A program made the position numbers and the translations under genes. From a candidate division WWE3 bacterium (GTDB taxonomy: Bacteria; Patescibacteriota; 4484-211; GCA-002791395), in the NCBI GenBank assembly GCA_013335095.1, contig JAAXWF010000001.1, positions 214,797 through 278,796 of the forward strand: 64,000 bases of DNA, given 5' to 3'. The notes under the pieces are model-generated. The model searched no databases, had not been told where the DNA came from, and saw nothing but the letters and a program-made list of their open reading frames with translations. Numbering within the stretch: the first letter of the stretch is position 1; each line of letters begins with the position of its first letter. Shown here piece by piece: positions 1 through 11,377 of this stretch.

Positions 1-885
<885 letters not shown>

Positions 886-1752
886 TTAAACTCCAATCAT
901 ACCTGCTGTTATTTCGGCAAGTTCGGTTGTAATGTGTGCCTGCCGAGATTTATTGTACTCCAGTGCTAAAGATTTTTTTATTTCTGATGCATTGTCGGTA
1001 GCATTTTGCATGGCAATCATACGAGCACTGTACTCTGACGCAACCGTCTCAAGCCTGGCCTGATAAACCATTGTTTCAAGATACAATGGCACCAGCTCTC
1101 CCAAAACCTCTCCAACAGTTGGCTCAAATGTAAATACACTGGAAGATTGATGAGCTGTTACCAAATCATTGTCGCTTATAGGCAACAATTGCTCGGCGAT
1201 TGGATGTTGAGTAAGCGCATTCTCAAAATCCGGATAAATCATAATCACACGATCAACCTGACGATGCATAAACATTTCTTCGATCAATCGAATAATTGGC
1301 CGAACATCTGCGGTTGTTAAGTTCTCCGGTATATCCGAAAAATCAGCATCAATTCGATAACCCCGACGAACCAATTGATCGCGGAGTTTTCTTCCGAGTG
1401 TAACTAAATAAGCCTTGCCATTTTTACGTTCAGTTTCAAAAATAAGATTACTCGCGAAACGGAGTAAATTTGCCGGTAAGCTCCCTGCCAGTCCACGCTG
1501 AGGTGAATACAGAATAAATAATGTGTCCACTCCATCTACACGTTGTTCAAGCAATGGATGAGGGGATGGACCGGCAGAGGATGCTACTTTGGCAAGCATC
1601 TCACGTAGTTTTAACATATACTCTCGCCCCTGTTTGGTGGTCTGCTCAGCTTTACGCATCCGCGAGGCCGCAACCAACTGCATTGCATACGTAACCTGAG
1701 CAATATTATTAACTGACTTAATCCGGCGCTTTATTTCGCGTAATTTACTCAC
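886..1752 (-). CDS. atpG: ATP synthase F1 gamma subunit
   Basis: [10 protein letters not shown]-terminus, [14 protein letters not shown] and [10 protein letters not shown]-terminus; operon position. Confidence 0.97.
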   Translation of the reverse strand: MSKLREIKRRIKSVNNIAQVTYAMQLVAASRMRKAEQTTKQGREYMLKLREMLAKVASSAGPSPHPLLEQRVDGVDTLFILYSPQRGLAGSLPANLLRFASNLIFETERKNGKAYLVTLGRKLRDQLVRRGYRIDADFSDIPENLTTADVRPIIRLIEEMFMHRQVDRVIMIYPDFENALTQHPIAEQLLPISDNDLVTAHQSSSVFTFEPTVGEVLGELVPLYLETMVYQARLETVASEYSARMIAMQNATDNASEIKKSLALEYNKSRQAHITTELAEITAGMIGV

Positions 1753-3230
1753 ACGCTCTCCTTTTCATAGTTGAAAGACTTTAAAAAATCAACAATAGCC
1801 TCTTCAAGATCTGGTTCTTTCACGGTCTCTAAGTAGGCAACAAATTGGGTCTTAAATTCGGCAATGGCCGAGACAGGAAGCGTATCTAAATGCCCATTAT
1901 TCACGGCGTATAATAACCCGACCTGAGCGTCAACCGAGATTGGCGAATATTGAGGTTGCTTAAGGATTTCACGAATTCTTAATCCTCGGTCAATACGTGA
2001 TTTAGTTCGCGCGTCAAGATCACTACTACCAAACTGAGCAAATGCCTCAAGCTCTCGAAACTGGGCCAAGTCTAGTCGCATTTTACTCGCGACTTTTTTC
2101 ATCGACTTTGTTTGTGCCGATGTACCAACACGTGAGACTGAATTTCCGACATCAATCGCAGGTCGCATACCAGAGTTAAACAGATCCGATTCAAGAAAAA
2201 TCTGGCCGTCGGTAATTGATATGACATTCGTCGGAATATAAGCACTCACATCTCCAAATTGAGTCTCAATTACAGGTAATGCGGTAATAGATCCTCCGCC
2301 TAGATCTTCGTTCAACCGACATGAACGCTCTAAAAGACGAGAATGTAGGTAGAAAATATCTCCCGGGAAAGCTTCTCGCCCAGCTGGACGACGCAAAATT
2401 AATGAAATTTGACGATATGCCCAAGCATGCTTCGTTAAGTCATCATAAATTATCAATACGTCGCGTCCTTTCTCTAAAAAGTATTCGGCTATAGATGTAC
2501 CTGAATAGGGTGCAATGTATTGCATTGCCACCGAATCGGATGCTGGTGCATCGACAATTATTGAATACTCGAGTGCGCCATAATCTTTGAGTAGTTGTGT
2601 GAGTTGGGCAATACGTGATTCCTTTTGTCCGATCGCTACATAAATACATATGACTGGGTTTTCAGCATTCTTTTGATTCAAGATCGTATCGATAGCAATC
2701 GCCGTTTTTCCCGTATTTCGATCACCAATAATCAATTCTCGTTGTCCTCTTCCAATAGGAACCATTGCATCAATAGCCATAATTCCCGTTTGTAATGGAA
2801 CATTCACAGGTTGCCGTTGGATTACACCAGGTGCAATCTTTTCGACAGGCATCATTTTTTCTACATGGATTTCGGAACTGAGTCCATCAATTGGCTGCCC
2901 TAATGCATTAACGACCCTACCAACGATTTGATCTGACACACCAATTGACATAATCTCTCCTGTAGATTCGAATTCGTCTCCCTCAGTAAGAAGTGTATAG
3001 TTCCCCAACACAATTGCGCCGACTTCATGATTAGTCAGATTCAATACCATAGCGTGGATATTTTTTTTCCGGCAATAAATGCGCTCCGACATCTTGGCGG
3101 TAGATAGGCCATCAAGAGTTGCAATTCCGTCACGAACACTTAGCACGTTACCAACGTTCCGAATACGACTAACATTACTGTCAGTTTTTAATGATGATTC
3201 AATTTCGTTTATTATTCCATTAATATCCAT
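1749..3230 (-). CDS. atpA: ATP synthase F1 alpha subunit
   Basis: [41 protein letters not shown]. Confidence 0.98.
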   Translation of the reverse strand: MDINGIINEIESSLKTDSNVSRIRNVGNVLSVRDGIATLDGLSTAKMSERIYCRKKNIHAMVLNLTNHEVGAIVLGNYTLLTEGDEFESTGEIMSIGVSDQIVGRVVNALGQPIDGLSSEIHVEKMMPVEKIAPGVIQRQPVNVPLQTGIMAIDAMVPIGRGQRELIIGDRNTGKTAIAIDTILNQKNAENPVICIYVAIGQKESRIAQLTQLLKDYGALEYSIIVDAPASDSVAMQYIAPYSGTSIAEYFLEKGRDVLIIYDDLTKHAWAYRQISLILRRPAGREAFPGDIFYLHSRLLERSCRLNEDLGGGSITALPVIETQFGDVSAYIPTNVISITDGQIFLESDLFNSGMRPAIDVGNSVSRVGTSAQTKSMKKVASKMRLDLAQFRELEAFAQFGSSDLDARTKSRIDRGLRIREILKQPQYSPISVDAQVGLLYAVNNGHLDTLPVSAIAEFKTQFVAYLETVKEPDLEEAIVDFLKSFNYEKESV

Positions 3231-3233
3231 TAA

Positions 3234-3554
3234 TTATCTCCCCTTTAACTGTGATAGTCTGCCTAACACCGAATCGTCATAAACATAATCTTCAAATACA
3301 ATTCGAACGCCTCCGATTAGTGTCTCGTTTAGTACAAAAGAGACCTCATGCACCGTATCAAAACGCTGACGAATTGCATTCTCGATTTGATCTTTTTGCT
3401 GTACGGTTAATTCACCAGCGTATTGAACAGTGGCATTTTTTCTTTTTAGGTATTCCTGTAATTTTTCTAATGTTCGTTGTATTAATTTTGGCTGATTACT
3501 CTCAACCAAAGCTTTTACAATTTGATCACTTTTCTTCTCGATATCACGAACCAT
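3234..3554 (-). CDS. atpH: ATP synthase delta subunit, short form (essentially C-terminal domain)
   Basis: LIGGVRI...YDDSVLGRL matches the delta C-terminal motif; lies between atpF and atpA. Confidence 0.85.
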   Translation of the reverse strand: MVRDIEKKSDQIVKALVESNQPKLIQRTLEKLQEYLKRKNATVQYAGELTVQQKDQIENAIRQRFDTVHEVSFVLNETLIGGVRIVFEDYVYDDSVLGRLSQLKGR

Positions 3555-4041
3555 ATTCCTTTAACCTCCTAACGGATTGGTCGGCAAGTTGCTTCTGTTG
3601 ATCTGGAGTAACTCCATCTTTTAGGACCTGCTCTGCAACCTCAATGGCGACTTGTTTAACTTCTTTCCGCATTTGATTCCACATTTCAGCCTCTCTTAAT
3701 GCCAAATCCTTCCTACCCTGTACAATTAAATTTTCAGCATGCTTTTGGGCATCTGTTTCAAGCTGCTTTGCTAGTTTTTCACCGCGTTGGCGCGCTTCAA
3801 TCACCATCTGTTCGGCTTGCTTACGCGTCTCCTTTACCATCTGCTCACGCTCCTTATGAAGGTTATCTCGTTCTTTATTAAGCTCTGATCGTAATTCTTC
3901 GGAAGCGGCTATCTGCTGTTGCCTTTTTTCTAGCACATCCATTAGCGGACGGTATAATAACCGTTTCATCACGTACAACAACACGATGAAGTTAAACATC
4001 TGAATACCAATTATTAGTGGGTTAATGCCTAATTGTTCCAT
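3544..4041 (-). CDS. atpF: ATP synthase Fo subunit b
   Basis: N-terminal TM (QMFNFIVLLYVMKRLLYRPL) followed by a long coiled coil. Confidence 0.95.
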   Translation of the reverse strand: MEQLGINPLIIGIQMFNFIVLLYVMKRLLYRPLMDVLEKRQQQIAASEELRSELNKERDNLHKEREQMVKETRKQAEQMVIEARQRGEKLAKQLETDAQKHAENLIVQGRKDLALREAEMWNQMRKEVKQVAIEVAEQVLKDGVTPDQQKQLADQSVRRLKEYGS

Positions 4042-4047
4042 AATTCC

Positions 4048-4278
4048 TTACATTACAAATAATACGATTAAGGCAATAACAAGGCCAAAGATCGCTAAGG
4101 AGTCGACTAGCGCAATCGCCAAAATCATGTTTTGACGAATGTTATCCGAGACTTCTGGATTACGTCCCATGGACTCCAACGCACCTTTTCCTATTAGACC
4201 AGCTCCGATACCGGGACCGATCGTACCTAAACCGATTGCGAGTGCTGCGGCAATTAATTTTAATGCTCCTGCATCCAT
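4048..4278 (-). CDS. atpE: ATP synthase Fo subunit c
   Basis: GxGxGxG helix, RNP loop, acidic residue in ALVDSL; strong SD AAGGAGGT upstream. Confidence 0.96.
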   Translation of the reverse strand: MDAGALKLIAAALAIGLGTIGPGIGAGLIGKGALESMGRNPEVSDNIRQNMILAIALVDSLAIFGLVIALIVLFVM

Positions 4279-4353
4279 AGAATAACACCTCCTTTATATG
4301 TCGCATCGAAACGACGCACTTCTACTTTATGCATTGTAACAGCCATGATCGTT

Positions 4354-5100
4354 TTATGCATGACTATATTCGACAGCTCCTCCCATATATACGAGTGCTA
4401 ACATGGCAAATACAATGGCTTGAATAAATCCGACAAAAAGCTCTAGAACAGTAAACGGCAGCGGTACTATGTACGGTAGTAAAAATGAAATCACTGTAAG
4501 AAGCACCTCGCCAGCAAATATATTACCAAACAAACGAAATGCGAGAGATATCGTTTTTGAAAATTCAGAAATTAATTCTAGGATGCCGACATAAAAATTG
4601 ATTGGAGAGCTAAACGTAATAAATCGCGAGATATAGCCCCGAAATCCAGCATTTCTAATTCCATAATATTGGACGGCAATAAAGACTAAGAGAGAAAGCG
4701 CAATCGTTGTGTTAATATCGGTAGTTGCTGCCCGAAACAAAGGGACAAACTCGGTAGAACCATGGTTCTGAATATTGATACCAATACCCGAGATACCAGG
4801 AAGTAAACCAAACCAATTGGAGAACAAAATAAACACAAATAACGTCATCGCAATCGGGAAAAACTCATCCACGTGACTTACGGATATACTTTTAGCGGTC
4901 TGATACATCCAACCGGTGATCATTTCGGTTACTAATTGAAATTTTGATGGCACGATTGACAGCGTTGATTTAAGTGAAAACGCCAAGATTATTATCAGTA
5001 ACGATACAACTCCGGTAGTAAGAAGCGAGTTAGTTATAGGGAAACCTAAAATTTCCGTTAATTTTTCTGCCGCAACAACAATGTGTGGTGTATGTTCCAT
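4354..5100 (-). CDS. atpB: ATP synthase Fo subunit a
   Basis: SLAFRLFGNIFAGE and IQAIVF motifs. Confidence 0.97.
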   Translation of the reverse strand: MEHTPHIVVAAEKLTEILGFPITNSLLTTGVVSLLIIILAFSLKSTLSIVPSKFQLVTEMITGWMYQTAKSISVSHVDEFFPIAMTLFVFILFSNWFGLLPGISGIGINIQNHGSTEFVPLFRAATTDINTTIALSLLVFIAVQYYGIRNAGFRGYISRFITFSSPINFYVGILELISEFSKTISLAFRLFGNIFAGEVLLTVISFLLPYIVPLPFTVLELFVGFIQAIVFAMLALVYMGGAVEYSHA

Positions 5101-5102
5101 AA

Positions 5103-5615
5103 TTATTTATCGTCTTCAAGGAAAACAATTTGTGAGGAGTTCTTTATTGTATCATAATAGGCAAAGCTGGCCTTTCCAGGTTTCCCAAATTGAATCCCGC
5201 ACACTGCCCCTGGATTAAGAAGTAACGAACTACCGACATATTCGCTCTTGGCGATATGGTTATGCCCATGAAATACGGCATCATATTCCCCGGTTTTAGC
5301 CAGTAATTCAGCTAACCTTGGATAATGACAAAAAGCAACTGTCCGATTATCAAGTTCAGCAGTACCATATTCCTGAGATAAGTTGAACCAAGTAGCGTTT
5401 GAACCAAGCTTTGAATGAATACCAATCTGATCCTCATCATTATTCCCGAGACAAGCATATATTGGCCTTTCAACACGACCCAAGATCTCGGCTGAAAATG
5501 GCGCGCAAAAATCTCCACAATAAATTACAGCATCAACCTCGGTTTTTATCATTGCGAGGATTTTCTCAAGATTCCAAATATGGTCATGTATGTCAGAAAG
5601 TATTGCAACTATCAC
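5103..5615 (-). CDS. YfcE/MJ0936-type metallophosphoesterase
   Basis: SDIHD, GD, GNND, HGHNH, NPG calcineurin-like motifs; abuts atpB, so it appears to head the atp transcript. Confidence 0.9.
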   Translation of the reverse strand: MIVAILSDIHDHIWNLEKILAMIKTEVDAVIYCGDFCAPFSAEILGRVERPIYACLGNNDEDQIGIHSKLGSNATWFNLSQEYGTAELDNRTVAFCHYPRLAELLAKTGEYDAVFHGHNHIAKSEYVGSSLLLNPGAVCGIQFGKPGKASFAYYDTIKNSSQIVFLEDDK

Positions 5616-5659
5616 AAGGATAGTGTAACAAATACCACTAAGAGTACAATATAAATAGT

Positions 5660-6154
5660 ATGTACATTAAGGCTATTGTTTTCACCATATTCGTAATTGC
5701 GCTCATCGTAGGTTCAATCTTATTTGTTAACCCATTTACTGACGTGAAGAGTGCCAAAATACAACACGAGACAATAGTAACAATCACCAACCCCCAAACA
5801 AATCGCCCACATACGTTCATTGTAGAAGTTGCTAATACTCCAATTAAGAGAGAAGAGGGGTTAATGAACAAAGAAAGGCTAGACTCTAATAAAGGTATGC
5901 TATTCACGTATGACCAACCACAATTAATGACATTCTGGATGAAAAACACTCTCATTCCGCTCGATTTAATCGTAATAAATAATAATAAAGTCGTCGATAT
6001 TATCGAATCAATGGAACCGTGCACAGATCAAACCTCATGTACGATATATAAAAGTAAGGTATCTGGTGATAAAGCAATGGAGATTAATGGTGGACTGGTT
6101 GAAAAGTTAAACATAGCAATTGGAGACACCATCTCGATCGAAAACAACCCATAG
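5660..6154 (+). CDS. DUF192 family membrane-anchored protein
   Basis: VEVANTP..REEGLM, GMLF, FWMKNTLIPLD motifs; N-terminal TM. Confidence 0.9.
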   Translation: MYIKAIVFTIFVIALIVGSILFVNPFTDVKSAKIQHETIVTITNPQTNRPHTFIVEVANTPIKREEGLMNKERLDSNKGMLFTYDQPQLMTFWMKNTLIPLDLIVINNNKVVDIIESMEPCTDQTSCTIYKSKVSGDKAMEINGGLVEKLNIAIGDTISIENNP

Positions 6155-6156
6155 CA

Positions 6157-6185
6157 TTGACTAATCTTTTCAAATTTGTCATAAT
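6157..6185 (+). promoter_or_regulatory. sigma70-type promoter of the 6234 gene
   Basis: TTGACT-17 nt-CATAAT with extended TG; SD AAGGAG at 6222-6227. Confidence 0.65.
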
Positions 6186-6233
6186 ACTTCACATGATGGG
6201 AAAGCGGCCGAAGCAATGCGAAAGGAGTCGCTA

Positions 6234-6452
6234 ATGGCGACAGATCTGCCCCAAAAAGCAACGCCAAACAAGGCGAATGCCTTGATGCGGTTTTTAACCG
6301 CCACTGATCAGCCCACCTGGTTACGGTGGGTTGTCGGAATCGCCTTTGTCATCAACATCCTCATCCCAGACCCATCTCCATTACTGGATGAAATTCTGAT
6401 GGCAGTGTGGCTATATGTGGCATGGAGGAACTCACAGCAGGCTCCAGAGTAA
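6234..6452 (+). CDS. small membrane protein, DUF1232/YkvA-like
   Basis: Two hydrophobic segments around IPDPSPLLDE; own promoter, SD and downstream hairpin (6470-6495). Confidence 0.65.
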   Translation: MATDLPQKATPNKANALMRFLTATDQPTWLRWVVGIAFVINILIPDPSPLLDEILMAVWLYVAWRNSQQAPE

Positions 6453-6557
6453 CGTCGTAACCTTAAAGTGCGGGGGTTTGTAATACAACCCCTGCTATTA
6501 ATTCTCAAATTCGTATAGTCAAATCAATTGAAGGAATAGCGTACAAAAAGCTTTATA

Positions 6558-6635
6558 TGGTCGGGGAGGTCGGACTCGAACCGACGGCCTCCAGCACCCC
6601 ATGCTGGCGCGCTAGCCAAACTGCGCCACACCCCG
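6558..6635 (-). tRNA. tRNA-Pro (GGG)
   Basis: Reverse complement CGGGGTGTGGCGCAGTTTGGCTAGCGCG-CCAGC-ATGGGGT-GCTGG-AGGCCGTCGGTTCGAGTCCGACCTCCCCGACCA; encoded CCA. Confidence 0.97.
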
Positions 6636-6707
6636 ATGACTTGTTTATTATATCGCATTACATGTACATCCAATTACAACAAAATGATAACATTGTATGT
6701 ACTATAT

Positions 6708-7307
6708 ATGTCGGAAGATAGTAAAAAACTAGCAGAACGCCTCCCTAATAACCCGCACATCCAACATGCTATAAAGCTGATCAATCAAGAGTTTGGAGAT
6801 CGATTACGCAAAGACAAATCAGAACCAATGATTAATCACTCACTACGAGTAGGAAATATTATAGCTCCCTATGTAAAGGATAATGACGAGATAATAGCTG
6901 CTCTCCTTCATGATATTCTGGAGGATTCAAAAGTAAGCGCAGATCAAATAAACCAACACTATGGAACGAGAGTAATAAGCCTAGTGGAATCACTCACTGA
7001 GGACAACAGAAATGATAGTTGGGAGGAACGGAAGAAAATGGCTTTGATCAAGCTATCTTCTGCATCAGATGAGGCTTTATTAATCAAGACCGCCGACCAA
7101 ATTGATAATTTAGAAACATTTATCCGATTTGCTAAACAAAATCCTAAAGATATCGAAGTAGCTTGGTCAATATTCTCAAGAGGTCGGAATGCAAGACTGG
7201 CTCAATGGAAGGCCATGTTTAAGCTCATCTCTCAAAGATATATAAATATTCCAGAAGCTCTTCTAAAGCGTTATGTAACTGCGCTAGAAGAAGTTAATAA
7301 TCTGTAA
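6708..7307 (+). CDS. HD-domain protein, RelA/SpoT hydrolase-like (small alarmone hydrolase/MESH1 type)
   Basis: RKD..EPMINHSLRV, AALLHDILED, IKTADQIDN; start moved to MSEDS because the track start abuts the tRNA. Confidence 0.85.
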   Translation: MSEDSKKLAERLPNNPHIQHAIKLINQEFGDRLRKDKSEPMINHSLRVGNIIAPYVKDNDEIIAALLHDILEDSKVSADQINQHYGTRVISLVESLTEDNRNDSWEERKKMALIKLSSASDEALLIKTADQIDNLETFIRFAKQNPKDIEVAWSIFSRGRNARLAQWKAMFKLISQRYINIPEALLKRYVTALEEVNNL

Positions 7308-7320
7308 ATAAAATTTATTA

Positions 7321-7734
7321 CTAACGCTTTGAGAATTGAGGTGCTTTACGTGCACGTTTGAGACCGTATTTTTTACGCTCTTTCATGCGGGGATCACGAG
7401 TCAATAAGCCGGCATCTTTAAGTAACGGGCGCAAATTAGCGTCAGTGAGTTCAATAGCCTTTGCAAGACCAAGAACAACTGCTCCTAACTGAGATTTTTT
7501 ACCACCACCAACAACTTTTACCGAAATATCATACCCCTTATGATCTCTACCAGTAACCTTAAATGGTTGTAGTAATCTCGATTGGTCTAATGTCGCTGGA
7601 AAGTACTCTTCCATGCGGTGCTCACCATTTATTATAAATTGACCGAATCCAGGAGCCATCTTTATCCGTGCGACAGCGGTTTTTCGACGACCTGAAATCC
7701 AAACTGTTTTATCTTTTCCTAATATTTTTGCCAT
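7321..7734 (-). CDS. rpsI: 30S ribosomal protein S9
   Basis: GRRKTAVAR, ERKKYGLKRARKAPQFSKR. Confidence 0.98.
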   Translation of the reverse strand: MAKILGKDKTVWISGRRKTAVARIKMAPGFGQFIINGEHRMEEYFPATLDQSRLLQPFKVTGRDHKGYDISVKVVGGGKKSQLGAVVLGLAKAIELTDANLRPLLKDAGLLTRDPRMKERKKYGLKRARKAPQFSKR

Positions 7735-7735
7735 G

Positions 7736-8158
7736 TTATTTTATTTCCTCAGGTTGTTGTGCAAGATGAGGATGTTCGCTTCCAGTATACACGTATAGTT
7801 TTTTTATCATATCTTTAGCTAATCGATTTTTAGGCAGCATACCCTTCACTGCTTCTCTAATAAGATTGATTGGTTTCTCTTGACGTAATTTACCTGCGGT
7901 AGATTGCTTCAATCCTCCTGGATGGCCAGTATGTCGATAGTAGACTTTCTTTTCTTCTTTTCGCCCAGTTAAAACGACCTTTTCAGCATTAATAATAATG
8001 ACATTATCCCCCATATCCCATTGTGGTGAATAGTATGGATGGTTCTTACCCTGCAGTATTAATGCGACATCTGTAGTCATTCGACCTAATACTTTATCGC
8101 TTGCATCAATAACAAACCATTTGCGGGTTATTGTTTTAGGGGTAATATTAGTTTTCAT
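7736..8158 (-). CDS. rplM: 50S ribosomal protein L13
   Basis: WFVIDA..VLGR, YYRHTGHPGG, GMLPKN. Confidence 0.98.
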   Translation of the reverse strand: MKTNITPKTITRKWFVIDASDKVLGRMTTDVALILQGKNHPYYSPQWDMGDNVIIINAEKVVLTGRKEEKKVYYRHTGHPGGLKQSTAGKLRQEKPINLIREAVKGMLPKNRLAKDMIKKLYVYTGSEHPHLAQQPEEIK

Positions 8159-8585
8159 TCTTTACTCGTCCTTTCTTTGTGCTTGATTTCCCTTTTGTTT
8201 CTTCATCTTTCGAACTTTCTGCTTTCGCTTCAACTAATAGTATAATAGCTTCTTCTGCACCATCACCTTGACGCTGTCCAAGTTTAATAATACGAGTATA
8301 ACCACCTTGGCGATTCTCACTAGTATAACGAGGGCCAACTTTTTCTATAAGGATTTTTACCACATCGCGGTCAAATAATACATTAGCTAACAACTGCTGT
8401 GAATGTGCTGAATCAGATTTAGCGCGGTTTATGATTGGCTCAACAAACGGCCTAAGCGCTTTTGCTTTTGCTAAGGTTGTTCTTATTTTGCCATGACGAA
8501 TTAGTTCTTGTGAAAGATTTTTTAATAACGCTTTACGATGTGAAGTTGTTCGACTAAGTTTTGTTTGAGCTTTCCTTTTACGCAT
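8148..8585 (-). CDS. rplQ: 50S ribosomal protein L17
   Basis: KLSRTTSHRKALL, GGYTRIIKLG..R.GDGA. Confidence 0.97.
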   Translation of the reverse strand: MRKRKAQTKLSRTTSHRKALLKNLSQELIRHGKIRTTLAKAKALRPFVEPIINRAKSDSAHSQQLLANVLFDRDVVKILIEKVGPRYTSENRQGGYTRIIKLGQRQGDGAEEAIILLVEAKAESSKDEETKGKSSTKKGRVKNEN

Positions 8586-8631
8586 TGTTTTACCATCCTA
8601 ATTTAATAATGAGAAGTTATGAGCTTGAGGC

Positions 8632-9552
8632 TTATTTCGCTTCTTCTACTTTTTTGAGCAGCATCTTTACAGTTTTAGGACCAATGTTTTTTACACCTTT
8701 CAGTCCCTCTTCACCAGACTCACGAACATCTCGAGCTGTTTCAAATCCTGATTTTTTTAATGTATTAAGAACACGAGTAGGTAAATTCAATTCTTCTAAA
8801 TATGTTTCTTTTGTGGTTGATTTGGTCTCAACAACTTGTTCTGTCGATTCTTTTTCAACGGCTGCTTGGTATACAGATGTATCACCAGCTAAAAGTTGGA
8901 AATATTCTACTAGTATCGCTGATGCTTGTTGAATAGATTCTTTTGGTGTTATTGAACCATTAGTCGTAACATCCATAACTAATCTGTCCAAGTTGGTGAC
9001 GCGACCAACACGAGTATCTTCAACTGTGTAATCAGCAAGAACAACTGGTGAGAAATTTGCATCGATTGGAATAATTCCAACAGTCTTCTTTTCACGATCC
9101 TCTGGCAATCGATATCCCTTACCATATTCAACCGTAATTTCCATTTTCAAAGAACTTTTCTTATCTGATAATGTAGCTAAATGATGATCCTTATTAACGA
9201 CCTCAATACCTGTAGGGCACTTTAGATCTCCAGCGGTAATATCTCCCTCGCCAGAAGCATCAAGGGTGACTATTGTTGTTTTGATTTGCGACATCTTGAA
9301 ATTTACGCCCTTTAAATTCTGAACTAACGCAACTACATCTTCATGAACTCCTTTAATGGTAGCAAACTCATGTGTAGCACCATCAATTTTTACGCGAGTT
9401 ATTGATGCACCAGACAGTTGACCAAGAAGAACGCGTCGCAAAGCGTTTCCTAATGTGTGGCCAAATCCGCGCTCTAAAGGCTCAATTGAAAATACATCTC
9501 GATTTCCGCCTTTGTTCTCTAAAATGTTAAATTTAATCTCGTAGTTTGTCAT
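8632..9552 (-). CDS. rpoA: RNA polymerase alpha subunit
   Basis: EPLERGFGHTLGNALRRVLL; alpha-CTD with KNIGPKT. Confidence 0.98.
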   Translation of the reverse strand: MTNYEIKFNILENKGGNRDVFSIEPLERGFGHTLGNALRRVLLGQLSGASITRVKIDGATHEFATIKGVHEDVVALVQNLKGVNFKMSQIKTTIVTLDASGEGDITAGDLKCPTGIEVVNKDHHLATLSDKKSSLKMEITVEYGKGYRLPEDREKKTVGIIPIDANFSPVVLADYTVEDTRVGRVTNLDRLVMDVTTNGSITPKESIQQASAILVEYFQLLAGDTSVYQAAVEKESTEQVVETKSTTKETYLEELNLPTRVLNTLKKSGFETARDVRESGEEGLKGVKNIGPKTVKMLLKKVEEAK

Positions 9553-9581
9553 ATTTATTTCCTGGGGCTAACCCCACTCGA

Positions 9582-10160
9582 TCACCTTGAATAATACTCG
9601 ATAATCAGCTGTAAATCAACATTTACTTGCAGATCATCTTCACTCGGTACTGATTTTACCACACCGATGTGTCCTTTACGCTCTAACCAACTTGGTAATT
9701 CTTGAGCGCGAGCAGAAGACAAGGATTCTACCACTAGTGGATTGCTTACTAAAGAATCAACTAATGCAACTGTTTGCCCTGCTTTAACATTATACGATGG
9801 AATGTCAAGCCTTTTCCCATCGACAATTATGTTGCCATGAGTGACTAGCTGTCTAGCTGCCCGGATCGTTGAAGCTAATCCAAGGCGATAAACGACGTTG
9901 TCTAATCGTGACTCGAGTAATTGTAACAGAACTTGTCCAGTGTTTTTAGGGTTACGTTTTGCTTGCGCAAATAAACGACGGAATTGCTTTTCTTGCAGAC
10001 CATACATAAACTTCAATTTTTGTTTTTCATCAAGACGCACTCCATATTCAGACTTTCGGCGAGGACGCTTTGCTCCAGGAATATAAGTTGGTGTTGTTAC
10101 CGTAGGCAACAAACCATAACGTTTCTGTTTTTTTACCACCGGACCGGTGTATCGAGACAT
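9582..10160 (-). CDS. rpsD: 30S ribosomal protein S4
   Basis: MSRYTGP start, LESRLDNVVYRLG, IIEYYSR. Confidence 0.97.
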   Translation of the reverse strand: MSRYTGPVVKKQKRYGLLPTVTTPTYIPGAKRPRRKSEYGVRLDEKQKLKFMYGLQEKQFRRLFAQAKRNPKNTGQVLLQLLESRLDNVVYRLGLASTIRAARQLVTHGNIIVDGKRLDIPSYNVKAGQTVALVDSLVSNPLVVESLSSARAQELPSWLERKGHIGVVKSVPSEDDLQVNVDLQLIIEYYSR

Positions 10161-10558
10161 TAGACTCTCCTCCTTTTCCGTGGTCGACATCCATTATGTG
10201 GGATAGGACTTATATCAGCTATTGAAGTAATTTCTAAACCAGCGGCTCTAAGTGCTCGAACAGCAGCATCTCTACCCATTCCAATACCTTTAATAAAAAC
10301 GTCAACTCTTTCCATACCTCTATTTTTAATGTCGTCAGCGACTCTCTGTACACTTGTCGTGGCTGCAAATGGAGTCGATTTTCGAGTTCCCTCAAACCCT
10401 GCAGTACCTGCACTACCCCAACCTACGACATTACCATTTGCATCGGAAACGGTAACAATTGTATTGTTAAACGTTGCGGTAACAAATACTTTACCTTCAG
10501 TTGATAAACGTGTTTTCTTTTTCGCTGTTGTTGTCTTATTTTTTACTGTTTTAGCCAT
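10160..10558 (-). CDS. rpsK: 30S ribosomal protein S11
   Basis: TFNNTIVT, RKSTPFAA, PHNGCRPRKRRRV. Confidence 0.98.
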   Translation of the reverse strand: MAKTVKNKTTTAKKKTRLSTEGKVFVTATFNNTIVTVSDANGNVVGWGSAGTAGFEGTRKSTPFAATTSVQRVADDIKNRGMERVDVFIKGIGMGRDAAVRALRAAGLEITSIADISPIPHNGCRPRKRRRV

Positions 10559-10561
10559 ATA

Positions 10562-10951
10562 TTATGTCTTTGACACTGCCTTTCGAACACTAACGCCACC
10601 GACAGTACGCTTTGGACCTTTCCTCGTGCGACCATTTGAACGTGTTTTTTGACCTCGCAATGGGAGTCCTTTTTTATGACGTCCCCCTCGATATGATCCA
10701 ATATCTGCTAATCTTTTTATATTATCCTTGATTTGTCGATTTAATTCACCCTCGACGACCCATTCTTTATCAATTACCGATGTTAAACGACTAACATCAT
10801 CTTCGGTTAATGCAGAGGCGCGCATGTTAGGGTCCAATCCTAACTGAGCAATAATTTTTTCCGCAGCAGGACGGCCAATACCCTTTATATACGCGAGTGC
10901 GAAAGGTAATTTTTTATTTTCTGGTATATCAACTCCAACAATTCTTGGCAT
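10562..10951 (-). CDS. rpsM: 30S ribosomal protein S13
   Basis: MPRIVGVDIP start at 10951; GLPLRGQKTRSNGRTRKG. Confidence 0.97.
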   Translation of the reverse strand: MPRIVGVDIPENKKLPFALAYIKGIGRPAAEKIIAQLGLDPNMRASALTEDDVSRLTSVIDKEWVVEGELNRQIKDNIKRLADIGSYRGGRHKKGLPLRGQKTRSNGRTRKGPKRTVGGVSVRKAVSKT

Positions 10952-10955
10952 ATTT

Positions 10956-11072
10956 TTATCCTTGACGCTGATTATGGCGTTTTTCACGACTGCATCGCAC
11001 AATAATAACGCCTTTGCGCTTAAATACTTTACAATAATTACATCGTGGTTTAACAGACGCTCGTACTTGCAT
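10956..11072 (-). CDS. rpmJ: 50S ribosomal protein L36 (Zn-binding form)
   Basis: Below track cutoff. Manual translation [38 protein letters not shown]. Confidence 0.96.
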   Translation of the reverse strand: MQVRASVKPRCNYCKVFKRKGVIIVRCSREKRHNQRQG

Positions 11073-11080
11073 TTTTTCTC

Positions 11081-11377
11081 CTATTTCGCTGGCTGCATTG
11101 TGTTTCGATCCTTGTGTCGATAGACAATCCTGCCTAAGGTTAAATCATAAGGTGTTAACTCAACATCTACAATATCTCCCGGAAGAATCCGAATGTAATT
11201 CTTTCGCATTCGACCAGCAATCATAGCTGTTATAATCTTTTCTTCAGCTTGCTCGCTCGTTTTAGGATTGCTTGCATTTGAGCGAGCAGGATCCATCAAC
11301 CGAACACGAAACATAGTATTTGGTAATGTTTCGGTAACTTCTCCTGTAGCAACAATTACATCATCCTTTTGAGCCAT
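11081..11377 (-). CDS. infA: translation initiation factor IF-1 with internal insertion
   Basis: [45 protein letters not shown]. Confidence 0.96.
   Translation of the reverse strand: MAQKDDVIVATGEVTETLPNTMFRVRLMDPARSNASNPKTSEQAEEKIITAMIAGRMRKNYIRILPGDIVDVELTPYDLTLGRIVYRHKDRNTMQPAK

Noticed and set aside
6558-6635. tRNA-Pro with a U.U mismatch in the acceptor stem and A32/U38 loop
   Set aside because: The loop matches normal tRNA-Pro(GGG) and a single acceptor mismatch is common.
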